NCBI GenBank assembly: GCA_964577555.1
Contig: CAZNZM010000002.1
Span: 3,012 to 35,011 of the forward strand
DNA length: 32,000 nucleotides
Direction of reading: 5' to 3'
DNA from: an uncultured archaeon
Lineage (GTDB): Archaea; Iainarchaeota; Iainarchaeia; Iainarchaeales; Iainarchaeaceae
Below are positions 7,852 through 16,945 of the stretch, in pieces. Below the pieces are notes generated by a model. The model ran no database searches. It had not been told where the DNA came from and saw only the letters and a program-made list of their open reading frames with translations. How positions within the stretch are numbered: the first letter of the stretch is position 1; the number at the start of each line of letters is the position of its first letter. A program made the translations under genes and the position numbers.

Positions 7852-10800
7852 ATGAAAGGATTCAACGTAAAGAAATTGGCTGCAATTGCAACCGGCGCAG
7901 CTTTGCTCGGTACTGCAGTGGCTCCAATTGTCTCAGCAATAACTGTTACTAAAGGAGACATCTATAATTCTGATGGTACTCCAAAAGTCAACATTGTTGT
8001 TGGATCTCAGGCCGCGGCTTCAGACGGTGTCTGGGCTGGAAATTTGGCGGCAAAGATAGCTGAAAAAGCTACTACAACAAAGCAAGTTAAGGTCTCGCTT
8101 GGTAGCGGTGCGGAAGGCAGCGAACCAACAGCTAATTTGGATCTTTCAGATCTTGTTGTTGACGTTACTATAGGCGGAAAAGTGACAATTAGCGGTCAAA
8201 GCAAGAGGTATTCAGAGTATATGAGCTCTGTTTCTAACTCTAAAGAAGTAAATTCAGCTCTTGACAATACAAACGATTCAAACGCTTTGACAGATTCGAC
8301 TTTGCCGTTCTTGTTCAACAACAGCTCTATGAGGGCTAAAGTTGACAATAATTCTTCAACCATTACGGTTCAAGAAAAAGTCGGGGTAAATGTTGACGCA
8401 AAGTTTTCAACAGACCAAGACTTGAAGGATTTGGTTGCCACAATAGGCACAAATGATATGACTTATCAAGTCAATTTTGGTGGCACCACCGGAGTGAATT
8501 TGGGAACAACCAACTTTACTGATGGGTCAGACGACGATGTTGAGGTGGCTTTCTTTGGAGAGAAATATAAGTTGAACGAAGCCGTCTTGACAGGACAAAA
8601 AAAGGTAAAATTAGTTAAATCCAGCGCAAAAACATCATTCAATGAAGGCGAGGTTATTGAAGGCCTTGTTGGTGATGGAATGTATGCTGGAAAAGATGTT
8701 AAAGTGAAAGTTGTTCAAGTCGTGTCAACAGGTCCATCGGCAAGTTCTTATCAAGCAACTTTCCAATTATTGGATAGCGAGGGCAATATAATTGATGTCC
8801 AAACAGTAGGCTCTGGAAACAATTTGAGGGATTACTTCAAGGACAGCAAAGACGATTATGCTCTCTCAAGCAATGTGTATATTGATACAATTGCAACAGG
8901 TGCAACATCAGGCGCTGGCTATGTTGAAGTAACCAAAGGCTCTGATACGCTTGAACTTTGGGATACTAAAATCTACCCATACAAGAGCGACTATACAGGG
9001 ACAAAACCTTATTCGGTTTCAATAGGCACTAATGATAACTATTTGAAGTCAATCAAAATTGTGAACACTGCTGAGAAGTGGGAAGAAACCAAAACAGGTT
9101 ATGACCTTGGTGCTCTTTACCCTACCAACTCTGGCCAGTCCTTGACCGGCAAAACAGGAACAACAGCAGTATTTGGGCAATCTTGGCCTGATGGAACCCT
9201 TGGAAAAGGTTACTTCAAGGTTGAGTTCCTCGGATTCCAAGGAAGCGAGGAAAGAACAACCACTATGATTGGCAAGTCAACTGAAAATCTGCCATCAGGT
9301 TCAACTGGTGGAATAACATTGTATGCCGACGACGACACCAAAATGGAAATTCCGTTCTACATCCAAGTTGATGATTCAAACGGCTCGTTTGAATTCATGC
9401 AAAAACCATATTCAGTGTTTTATGACTTTGGTTCAGGCGGAAAAACAGGGACTTACGACGTGAACGTTGTTGTCACATCAGGCGACTACGTGAACGGCAG
9501 ACAGTGGACGGTTTCAGCTGATACTATTGGCTCTGCTGACGTTAACATAACTGTTGGTTCTACCACCCACAGTAATAAACAAACAGGCTTTATTTTCCAA
9601 GTCGAAGATGTAAATTATATGATAGTAGATGCTAACACAGCGACTAACAAGACAACAATCGCTGTTGACACCGCTGTTGAGTTGTTCTATGGTAATGTGT
9701 CTGATGACGCGAGTTCAAAGAATGCGGCTACTGCTGTATTCAACACAACCAGTGGAACATATCAAACAAAAGGGGCTTATGGTAGAATCCTTTTGTCAAA
9801 CAATGCAGCGTTTGACATAAATGGAACTACTGTTGGTCTTTACGGCACCGACAACCAAAGAAAGATTTATTACGTGCCAAAGTATAACGGCAACGACTTT
9901 TACTTGTTGCTTGAGGCACAGCAATTAAACAAAGACAAGTCAGGGCTACAAAATGGCCATAACTTGTACTTCTTGGGTACAAGCTTGCCGGTAGATACTT
10001 CATATACTGAAGTAAAAGGCGTATCCGCCAACTATTATTTAGGTAACATTGGTGGTGACACAACTTTAGGCTCTACTGCAAGGCAATACGGCTATTATGT
10101 GCCTAAAACAACTGACTTCAATTCAGCAGCTGCATACTCTGCAAGCGACGCATACTTCGTTGCAGAATTCAGATACATTAGCGCTATAACAAGCGATTCA
10201 AACACAGACATATACATCGATACTTCGAAGGGAGCACCTCTCGGTACATTCCCGATACAGAACTTGACAGGATACTCTAGCGCAGTAAGTTATAATTCTG
10301 ACGCTATTGTATTAAAGCCTGGTTCCGATGCGGCTTACTTCCAATCGATGTATACGGATTCAGGCTCTAAATTTTCAGTGACCAACGACGACGTCACTTT
10401 GAGTTCGCCTCAAAGAGCGGAAAAAGTTGAAGTTGTTGTCTACGGCACTGAATTGCAGAGAACTGTTGAAGGCGAAAAAGTCAGTTTGAAAGAAGGTGAA
10501 ACAAAAGAATTGCCTTCAGGCACAAAGGTGACTTTCAGCGGAGTCAAGGGAGGAGCTTGTAAAGTAAGCGCAGGCGAACCTGGACAACCAGGTATTTGTA
10601 AAGCGGAACCATCTTCTTACGTTGTTCCGGCTCCAATTAGAGGAAACCTCGTATTCCTTGACACGGAAAGCCCGGCAGGAACCAACATAATTGTTGGTGG
10701 TTGGGCAGTCAACAAAATGGCTGAAAAAACCAAGTCAAAGCTCGTAGCAGCAGGCGACATGGTTGCCGAAGTTGACGCAGCAAGCGGCGACATATACGTT

Positions 10801-10872
10801 GCAGGCTATACTGCTGAAGACACCGGAAGGGCAGTAAAAGAACTCATAGACGCAATAGATGCATTGCAATGA
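7852..10872 (+). CDS. S-layer structural protein, Methanococcus/MJ type
   Basis: Signal peptide MKGFNVKKLAAIATGAALLGTAVAPIVSA, 1006 aa Thr/Ser/Gly-rich acidic protein, C-terminal GNLVFLDTESPAGTNIIVGGWAVNKMAEKTKSKL..AGYTAEDTGRAVKELIDAI typical of archaeal S_layer_C. Confidence 0.85.
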   Translation: MKGFNVKKLAAIATGAALLGTAVAPIVSAITVTKGDIYNSDGTPKVNIVVGSQAAASDGVWAGNLAAKIAEKATTTKQVKVSLGSGAEGSEPTANLDLSDLVVDVTIGGKVTISGQSKRYSEYMSSVSNSKEVNSALDNTNDSNALTDSTLPFLFNNSSMRAKVDNNSSTITVQEKVGVNVDAKFSTDQDLKDLVATIGTNDMTYQVNFGGTTGVNLGTTNFTDGSDDDVEVAFFGEKYKLNEAVLTGQKKVKLVKSSAKTSFNEGEVIEGLVGDGMYAGKDVKVKVVQVVSTGPSASSYQATFQLLDSEGNIIDVQTVGSGNNLRDYFKDSKDDYALSSNVYIDTIATGATSGAGYVEVTKGSDTLELWDTKIYPYKSDYTGTKPYSVSIGTNDNYLKSIKIVNTAEKWEETKTGYDLGALYPTNSGQSLTGKTGTTAVFGQSWPDGTLGKGYFKVEFLGFQGSEERTTTMIGKSTENLPSGSTGGITLYADDDTKMEIPFYIQVDDSNGSFEFMQKPYSVFYDFGSGGKTGTYDVNVVVTSGDYVNGRQWTVSADTIGSADVNITVGSTTHSNKQTGFIFQVEDVNYMIVDANTATNKTTIAVDTAVELFYGNVSDDASSKNAATAVFNTTSGTYQTKGAYGRILLSNNAAFDINGTTVGLYGTDNQRKIYYVPKYNGNDFYLLLEAQQLNKDKSGLQNGHNLYFLGTSLPVDTSYTEVKGVSANYYLGNIGGDTTLGSTARQYGYYVPKTTDFNSAAAYSASDAYFVAEFRYISAITSDSNTDIYIDTSKGAPLGTFPIQNLTGYSSAVSYNSDAIVLKPGSDAAYFQSMYTDSGSKFSVTNDDVTLSSPQRAEKVEVVVYGTELQRTVEGEKVSLKEGETKELPSGTKVTFSGVKGGACKVSAGEPGQPGICKAEPSSYVVPAPIRGNLVFLDTESPAGTNIIVGGWAVNKMAEKTKSKLVAAGDMVAEVDAASGDIYVAGYTAEDTGRAVKELIDAIDALQ

Positions 10873-10926
10873 AGCTGTTTTGCTTCATTGTAACTTATTT
10901 TTTTGGTTGCTCCTGAAAAGGAGCAA
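10867..10926 (+). terminator. Two consecutive hairpins at the 3' end of the S-layer gene
   Basis: CAATGAAGC-tgtttt-GCTTCATTG (10867-10890, spans the stop codon) and TTGCTCCT-gaaa-AGGAGCAA (10907-10926), followed by T-rich sequence. Confidence 0.6.
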
Positions 10927-10929
10927 TCA

Positions 10930-11560
10930 ACTCTTTGTTTTTTTGTGTTGGATTAAACCCTTGTTTTTCTTAATTTTTTGCAATTTTTTTTGAAATTTGT
11001 TTTATTTTTTTTGCTAGCCGTTTTTTTGTTTATTGTTTTTTTATTTTGAAAACTTGTTTTTTTTTGCAAGCTTTTTTTATCGTTTTTTTGGCATTTTTTT
11101 GTTTTTTTTTGAAGCCGATTTTTTTGTATTTTATTTTTTGTTTGGTTTTGTTTTTGTGTGCCTAATTTTTTTTAGCCATTTATTTTTTTGTCTTTTTGCG
11201 AGTCGTTTTTTTGGTCTATTTATTTTTTTATTTTTTTTACCAGGCATTTTTTTTGAAATTTGTTTTATTTTTTTTGTTTATTATTTTTTTGTTTTTTTAG
11301 TCAGTTTTTTTTGGCGTTTTTCTTTGTTTTTTTTTGCGAGCCGTTTTTTTTATTTTGCTTTTTTGTTGTTTGTTTTTTTTGGTGAGCCATTTTTTTGTCT
11401 TGTTTTTGCGAGCCAATTTTTTTTAGGCGTTTTTTTTGTTTTTTTAGCACAGTTTTTTTAGTTTTGATTTTTGTTTTTAGCCATTTTTTTGGGTTTTTAA
11501 GCATTTTTTTTAAGGTGTTTTTTTTTGCGGGTTTTCTTTTTTTAAGAGTTTTGGGGTGTT
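10930..11560 (+). repeat. T-rich low-complexity intergenic region with recurrent GCGAGCC-like cores
   Basis: TTTTTGCAAGC, GAAGCCGATTTTTTTG, GCGAGTCGTTTTTT, GCGAGCC at 11336, GGTGAGCC at 11381, GCGAGCC at 11408, in nearly continuous T runs. Confidence 0.8.
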
Positions 11561-11568
11561 ATTGTTTG

Positions 11569-12186
11569 ATGGATTCAAAAGAAATTTACTTTTATCTTAC
11601 CTTAGTTGTTGTAATTCTTATTGTGGTTTTTGGTGTTTATGTAGTGCTTAATATTGATTTTTCAGAGTATAAGCATGTTGTTGTCAAGCAGAATGTTGAG
11701 TTTGTATCTAACAGTGCAGAGCCTTCTTTAATAATTGATTCAATAAGGTCTGCTGATACTTTGGTATTTTCTCCTGCTTTTGTTGAAAGCGGGGAGGAAA
11801 ATTCTTATATGGTTGAGTCTCTTACAATGTTTTCAACTGTTTTTTCCGCTAAAGGTAAGAATTTGATAGTTTTGGCAAGGGTTTTTGATTCTTCTGGCAA
11901 TATGGTGTCTTGTAATTCCAATTTTGGGGATTTGAAGAGGAACGAAGAGGTTTCTTTGGAGGATTGCAAAAAAATGTTGTCTGATAAGGATTCTGCAATT
12001 GTGCTTGTTCAATTGCCTTCTAATTCGCGAAAAGCAAGGGTTGTTTTGGAGGGCAAATCCGCTGAAATAATTTCTCCTGATATAAAGGCTGTTCCTTATG
12101 TTTCTTTTGCTTTGTTGGAAGCCATTTATCCTGACTCTGCTAATATAATAAAAAATGTCAATTTGGCTTTGGCTGGAATGAAGTGA
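11569..12186 (+). CDS. Membrane-anchored protein (single N-terminal TM), unknown function
   Basis: MDSKEIYFYLTLVVVILIVVFGVYVVLNIDFSEY... hydrophobic N-terminus. ATG at 11569; the upstream part of the ORF is T-rich repeat. Confidence 0.65.
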   Translation: MDSKEIYFYLTLVVVILIVVFGVYVVLNIDFSEYKHVVVKQNVEFVSNSAEPSLIIDSIRSADTLVFSPAFVESGEENSYMVESLTMFSTVFSAKGKNLIVLARVFDSSGNMVSCNSNFGDLKRNEEVSLEDCKKMLSDKDSAIVLVQLPSNSRKARVVLEGKSAEIISPDIKAVPYVSFALLEAIYPDSANIIKNVNLALAGMK

Positions 12187-12197
12187 GGCATTAAAAC

Positions 12198-13484
12198 ATG
12201 GTTGTTAGGCTTCGCACTATTTTAGTTTTTTTCATGATTTTTGCAATTGTTTATTTTATAGTAAAGCTTGTTTCTTTTTATTGGCTGGTTGTTTTTTTTA
12301 ATATAATTCTTATTTTCATAAATAGTATTTTTTTGTTTGCGTATTTTGAAATCAAGAAGCCTAAAAAGTTTTTTTTTGATGAATGGCCTTCTGTTTCTGT
12401 AGTTATTCCTAATTATAATGGCGCAAAAACTGTTAAAGCATGTATTGAGGCTGTTAAAAAGCTTGATTATCCTTTGAAAAAGGAAATAATTGTGGTTGAT
12501 GATGGTTCAAAGGATGATTCGCTTGGCATTATTTCAAAAATTAAGGGTATTAAAATAATTTCTTTTAAAAAGAATCGTGGAAAGTCGGCTGCGCTTAATG
12601 CGGGGATTAAAATTGCAAAAGGCGAGCTTGTTGTTACAATAGATTCTGATACTTATCCTTCTTCTGATTGTTTGATGAAAATGGTGCCTTATTTTGGCGA
12701 GGGTGTTGGGGCGGTTACTGGTTTTGTCAAGGCTCATAATGCGAGGAATTTTATTCAAAAAATCCAGGAGATAGAGTATTTGATTTCTTTTGGTTTTTTT
12801 CAGAGCGTGCTTTCTGACATAAACGCTATTTTTGTTACTCCTGGGCCAATGAGCATTTATCGAAAAGATGTTTTGAGAAAAATAGGTGGCTTTGATGAAA
12901 ATAATATTACTGAGGACATGGAGATAGCTTTTCGTTTGAGAAAGTATGGTTATAAAATCGTGGCTTGTACAGAAGCCTTTATTTTTACTGAAGTGCCTTG
13001 CACTATAAAGCAATTGTTTAAACAACGTGTGAGGTGGTATAGGGGGAAGTTTGCCAATACTTTGATTTACAAGAACATGCTTTTTAACCCTAAATATGGC
13101 GAATTTGGGCTTTTTACTTTTCCGTTTTCGGTGATAGTTGAGTGGTGTATTGTGTTGTTTATTTTTGTTTTTGTTGCTGGCAATATTGATGGTTTTGTCA
13201 ATTATTTGTCTTATGTTTTTTCTTATTTGCAATTGTCCAATGTTAATGCTTTTGCTTTGTTGCCTGTTTTTACTGGTTTTAATCCTAACTTGTTTTTTTA
13301 TATTATAGGCGGAGTTTTTTATTCTGTTTTTATATATTTGAGTCATTTGCTTGCAGGCGACAATTTAAGGCTTTCCAAGTTGCCTGAAATAACACTGTTT
13401 TTATTGGTTTATGGATTATTTATCCTTGTAGTCTTTTTTGTAGGTTTTTATAAGGAGATAAATAGTAGTGAAAAGATATGGTGA
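12198..13484 (+). CDS. Membrane-bound family 2 glycosyltransferase (BcsA/hyaluronan-synthase-like)
   Basis: SVVIPNYNGAKTVKACIEA, EIIVVDDGSKDDS, VVTIDSDTYP, ITEDMEIAFRLRKYGYK, QRVRWYRGK, and several TM segments. Confidence 0.88.
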   Translation: MVVRLRTILVFFMIFAIVYFIVKLVSFYWLVVFFNIILIFINSIFLFAYFEIKKPKKFFFDEWPSVSVVIPNYNGAKTVKACIEAVKKLDYPLKKEIIVVDDGSKDDSLGIISKIKGIKIISFKKNRGKSAALNAGIKIAKGELVVTIDSDTYPSSDCLMKMVPYFGEGVGAVTGFVKAHNARNFIQKIQEIEYLISFGFFQSVLSDINAIFVTPGPMSIYRKDVLRKIGGFDENNITEDMEIAFRLRKYGYKIVACTEAFIFTEVPCTIKQLFKQRVRWYRGKFANTLIYKNMLFNPKYGEFGLFTFPFSVIVEWCIVLFIFVFVAGNIDGFVNYLSYVFSYLQLSNVNAFALLPVFTGFNPNLFFYIIGGVFYSVFIYLSHLLAGDNLRLSKLPEITLFLLVYGLFILVVFFVGFYKEINSSEKIW

Positions 13485-14128
13485 ACAAGTATTTTTTGGC
13501 TATTTTGCTTACTTCCATATTGGTTTTGCTTGGTTTTTCTTTTACTCGTTGGGTTGACGAACAGCGTTTAATGGAGTTCAAAAATTCTTTTGACGAAGCT
13601 TATTTGGATTATCAAAGCGTTGAACAATTGTTGCTTTATGAATCGCTTTTTTCTGATCGGGAACATGTTTGTCCGGTTATTCGTGCAAGCATAGATTATC
13701 AAATTGGAAAGTTAAGGAAGTTGCTTTTTGAGCTTGAGGTTGCTCAAAAACAAAATGTTTTTTCAAATTTTGAGGTTCTTAAAAGAAAGTATCATTTTAA
13801 CAATTTGCAATTGTATTTGCTTATTCAAAAGGCAACTGATTCTTGCGGTTATTCTGATTTGGAGCCTGTGCTTTTCTTTTATTCTGATAAAGAAAATTGT
13901 CCCGAGTGTGTTGTTCAAGGAAAGGTTTTGGATTCGCTTACTTCTAATTGTTCAAACTTAAGGGTTTTTGCTATTCCTTATGATTTTAATATTCCGCTTA
14001 TTAGTGTTTTAAAAGAGAGAAATAGTGTTGTAAGGGTTCCAACTGTTATTGCTAATGATAAAAATTATGTTGGCTTGGTTTCCGGCAACAGGCTTTTGGA
14101 AGACGGACTTTATTGTCAGACGAATTAA
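13478..14128 (+). CDS. Membrane-anchored protein with thioredoxin-like C-terminal domain
   Basis: N-terminal TM (YFLAILLTSILVLLGF), then VLFFYSDKENCPECVVQGKVLDSL...VRVPTVIANDKNYVGLVSG with a CPEC redox-like motif. Start overlaps the GT2 stop. Confidence 0.6.
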   Translation: MVNKYFLAILLTSILVLLGFSFTRWVDEQRLMEFKNSFDEAYLDYQSVEQLLLYESLFSDREHVCPVIRASIDYQIGKLRKLLFELEVAQKQNVFSNFEVLKRKYHFNNLQLYLLIQKATDSCGYSDLEPVLFFYSDKENCPECVVQGKVLDSLTSNCSNLRVFAIPYDFNIPLISVLKERNSVVRVPTVIANDKNYVGLVSGNRLLEDGLYCQTN

Positions 14129-14137
14129 CTTGTTTTT

Positions 14138-15412
14138 TTATTGTTTGTTTTTATTTATTGTATTTTTATCGTTTTTCATTAGTTCTCTTAGTATTGTGGT
14201 TGCGTAACCGCCTTTTTCCAGTTTGAATGAAATTTTCATTTTGAGTTTTTCTTGGTTTAGTTCGTCTTTTGTTATTTCAATTATTTTTGTTTGTTGTGGG
14301 TATATAAGCATTTTTTTTCTTGCTCCGCTGCAGCTTACTTGCATGAAGCTTTTTACTTTGAAGTCTTCTAATTTTATTTGTTCTTTTTCCAATATTTTTT
14401 TTTCAATTTCTCCGGCTTTGCCTTCTGCTAATTTTAGGTCGAATCCGAATAATGGTCCTGCCGCGTATTTTTCTTCTATAATAATGTCTCCTTCTATTGG
14501 TTCCAAACCCAATCCGGATTCTATTCTTTCGTTTATCACCATGTTGAATAAGTAGCTTTGGTACGCGTGTGTGAAAAGATAGATTAGGTGTTTTGGCATT
14601 TTTTGAAAAGCTCCAACAAAGTCATGAGGGTAGTTTGCAAGGTGATGCATTATGGTTCTTTCGTATCTGAATTTTTTTGGAAATTCGCGTAGTCCTTTTT
14701 TAAAGTCTTTGGTTTGTGCCAAGTTTTTTCTTGCTTCAAGTATTTCTTTTTCTTCTTCCGAACCATGGGTTAGGTATGTCATTATCGCTTTTTCAAAATT
14801 TCCTTTGATTAATTCTTTTCCAACCAAGTGTGTTACTTTTCTTATTCCGCCAAATCTTTGTTCTCCGAAGTAATTTGCCACTCCTTTTGTTTCCATTTCT
14901 GAAAAGCATTTTTTTGTTGTCTCTCTTAATTCTTTTTCGTTCATTTCTATGTTTCTTATTGTAATTTCAAATTCGTTTCCTTGCAAGTCGCCTATTTGTA
15001 TTGGCTTGTCTTTCCATTCAGGTTCTGTTAATGCAATGTATCTTGCTTTGAAATTTTTGAGCTTGTTTATATCAGGTTTCCAAATTGAAATTTTTTGGGA
15101 TGTTATTGCTCGCCTGTCTTTTAAGCCAGCGTATCCTGTTCTTTTTGGCGAAATTCTGAGTATTCTGCCGATTCTTCTTATTGCTTCTGTTGTGTCCAAA
15201 TTGAATTTTTCCATTGTGAGATGAAGGTATTCTTTTTCGTTTTCAGGTATTTCAATTGGTTCTTGTGTTATTTCGTTGTTTTTTCCGAAGGCTTTTGTTT
15301 CAAGTTTTTTTCCTTCAAGCGTTATTTCTCTTACAATGAAATCGGAGATTCTTTTTTTTATTAAACCGCCTATCCCGTTTGTTGAAGTAGTGTAGTGTTT
15401 TATTTCAACCAT
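14138..15412 (-). CDS. truD: tRNA pseudouridine(13) synthase TruD
   Basis: DFIVREI, LHLTMEKFNLDTTEAIRRIGR, KRTGYAGLKDRRAITSQKISI, GVANYFGEQRFG. Confidence 0.93.
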   Translation of the reverse strand: MVEIKHYTTSTNGIGGLIKKRISDFIVREITLEGKKLETKAFGKNNEITQEPIEIPENEKEYLHLTMEKFNLDTTEAIRRIGRILRISPKRTGYAGLKDRRAITSQKISIWKPDINKLKNFKARYIALTEPEWKDKPIQIGDLQGNEFEITIRNIEMNEKELRETTKKCFSEMETKGVANYFGEQRFGGIRKVTHLVGKELIKGNFEKAIMTYLTHGSEEEKEILEARKNLAQTKDFKKGLREFPKKFRYERTIMHHLANYPHDFVGAFQKMPKHLIYLFTHAYQSYLFNMVINERIESGLGLEPIEGDIIIEEKYAAGPLFGFDLKLAEGKAGEIEKKILEKEQIKLEDFKVKSFMQVSCSGARKKMLIYPQQTKIIEITKDELNQEKLKMKISFKLEKGGYATTILRELMKNDKNTINKNKQ

Positions 15413-15431
15413 AAAAAATCATTTTTAATTT

Positions 15432-16646
15432 TTATATTTTGTACCTTAAAATGGCTCCCAATCCGCCGAATCCTTTGAAAAATTGGTCTCCTTCTGGTGT
15501 TTCTGTTGAGATTGCCGCTACTTTTGTGTTTGTGTTTGCCGCCAATTCTTCTATATAGTCAATGTATTCCATTTCTTCTATTATTTCAATTTGTTCTGTT
15601 TCTTTGAATTTTTTTTCTTTGTCTACAATGTATTTTATTCCGTTTGTTTGGTTTTCTTTGATTTTGTATACTTCCCATTCTATTCCTTCGCTTACCAATA
15701 CTAGGCTTGCTTGTCCCAATTCAAGAGCTTTGAGTACTTCTTTTTCGCCGTATGTTGCTAATTCGTCTTTTGCAAGTTTTTCAAAAAAATCTGCTATTAG
15801 TTTTCTTTCTTTCATGAGGTCTGTGTCTTTTAGTACAGTTTCGCTTTTTTGTACTAGTTCTCTTATTCCTCCTTCGTCAGTGTATGATGCGTCAAGCATT
15901 GCAATTATTTTGTTTTTGAGCCTGTGGTCTAGCAAGTCTTTTTCCACAAAAAAGTTTTTTGACATTCCGGGGCCGCCTATTATTAATCCTTTGAATTTTT
16001 CTCCGTATGGCAGGAATGCAGCATTTGCTTTTTCGCTTATTCTTTTATAGAATTCTTGTTCTGCTTCTTCTCTGAGTCTTTCAAATCTTTGAGAGCTTTG
16101 TCCTCCGGCCCTTGATTTTCCGCTGTATCCTGAAGTGAATTTTCCTATTATTTCATATCTTTTGCCTATTAATGTCGCTATTGTTGCTTCGCTTTTGTCA
16201 ATTGTTATTAATCCGTAAATGTTTTGTGGTTTTGACATTTCTTTTAATGGTTCAAGGTAGAATTTTGAGTCGCACCAGTATAATTTTGTTCTGAGGTCTT
16301 TTATTGGTTTTATTGTGAAAAGCCGGATGTCTGTTTTGCCTTCTGTTTCGGAAATGTTGCCGGCAAAAATCGCTATTCCGTTTTCAGGTATTTTGAAGTC
16401 TATTTGTTTGAGAAAATTTATTATTTTTCTTAATGCGGCTTGGACGTTTTTTCTTGTTGTCGGGCTTTTAATGTTTGAGCTTTGGCTTATTTCTTCTGTG
16501 AGTTGTCCCATTACTCCGCTTCTGTCTGCTTTGTTTGGAATATATACGCTTATAAGTTCTGTTCCTCTTCCTTGGTATTCTGCCATTTTTTTTAGTTTTT
16601 TTTTGAATACTATTTCTTCGCTTTGTGTTGTTTCATATTCTGGCAT
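15432..16646 (-). CDS. prf1: Peptide chain release factor subunit 1 (aRF1)
   Basis: NIKS codon-recognition motif (SSNIKSPTTRKNV), GGQ motif (GKSRAGGQSSQRFERLREE), LYWCDSKFYLEPL. Confidence 0.95.
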   Translation of the reverse strand: MPEYETTQSEEIVFKKKLKKMAEYQGRGTELISVYIPNKADRSGVMGQLTEEISQSSNIKSPTTRKNVQAALRKIINFLKQIDFKIPENGIAIFAGNISETEGKTDIRLFTIKPIKDLRTKLYWCDSKFYLEPLKEMSKPQNIYGLITIDKSEATIATLIGKRYEIIGKFTSGYSGKSRAGGQSSQRFERLREEAEQEFYKRISEKANAAFLPYGEKFKGLIIGGPGMSKNFFVEKDLLDHRLKNKIIAMLDASYTDEGGIRELVQKSETVLKDTDLMKERKLIADFFEKLAKDELATYGEKEVLKALELGQASLVLVSEGIEWEVYKIKENQTNGIKYIVDKEKKFKETEQIEIIEEMEYIDYIEELAANTNTKVAAISTETPEGDQFFKGFGGLGAILRYKI

Positions 16647-16908
16647 ATTGTTACCTTTTTATGAAAATCAGTGATTTTTCTAAGAATTATTGGTTTGCAT
16701 CATTTTAATTCATTTATTGCATAAAGCTTAAATACCCAGGACGCTGTTGTCGGCGTGTTTCATGTTTTCATGTTTTTTTTGTTTTGGCCCGCTTTTTTTT
16801 GGGTTGTTGTTTGTTTTTTATATTTTTTTTGCAACTCATTTTTTTTTGAGTTTGTTTTTTGCAAGCCAAGTTTTTTTGAATTTATTTGTTTTTTCTTGGC
16901 TTTTAGTA

Positions 16909-16920
16909 AAAGTTATATAT
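16909..16920 (+). promoter_or_regulatory. BRE/TATA-like promoter of the UMP kinase gene
   Basis: aaagttatatat about 26-37 nt before ATG 16946, consistent with a leaderless or very short-leader transcript. Confidence 0.4.
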
Positions 16921-16945
16921 TCTTTATTCTTAATTTTTAGGAATT

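Noticed and set aside
10930-11560. T-rich cluster as a mobile element
   Set aside because: No transposase, integrase, terminal inverted repeats or target-site duplication visible.
11033-11568. ORF 11033..11461 and the upstream extension of 11395..12186
   Set aside because: Translated T-rich repeat. The recognisable protein starts at ATG 11569.
12534-13346. Long minus-strand ORF of 270 aa
   Set aside because: Antisense to the GT2 gene with its clear motifs.
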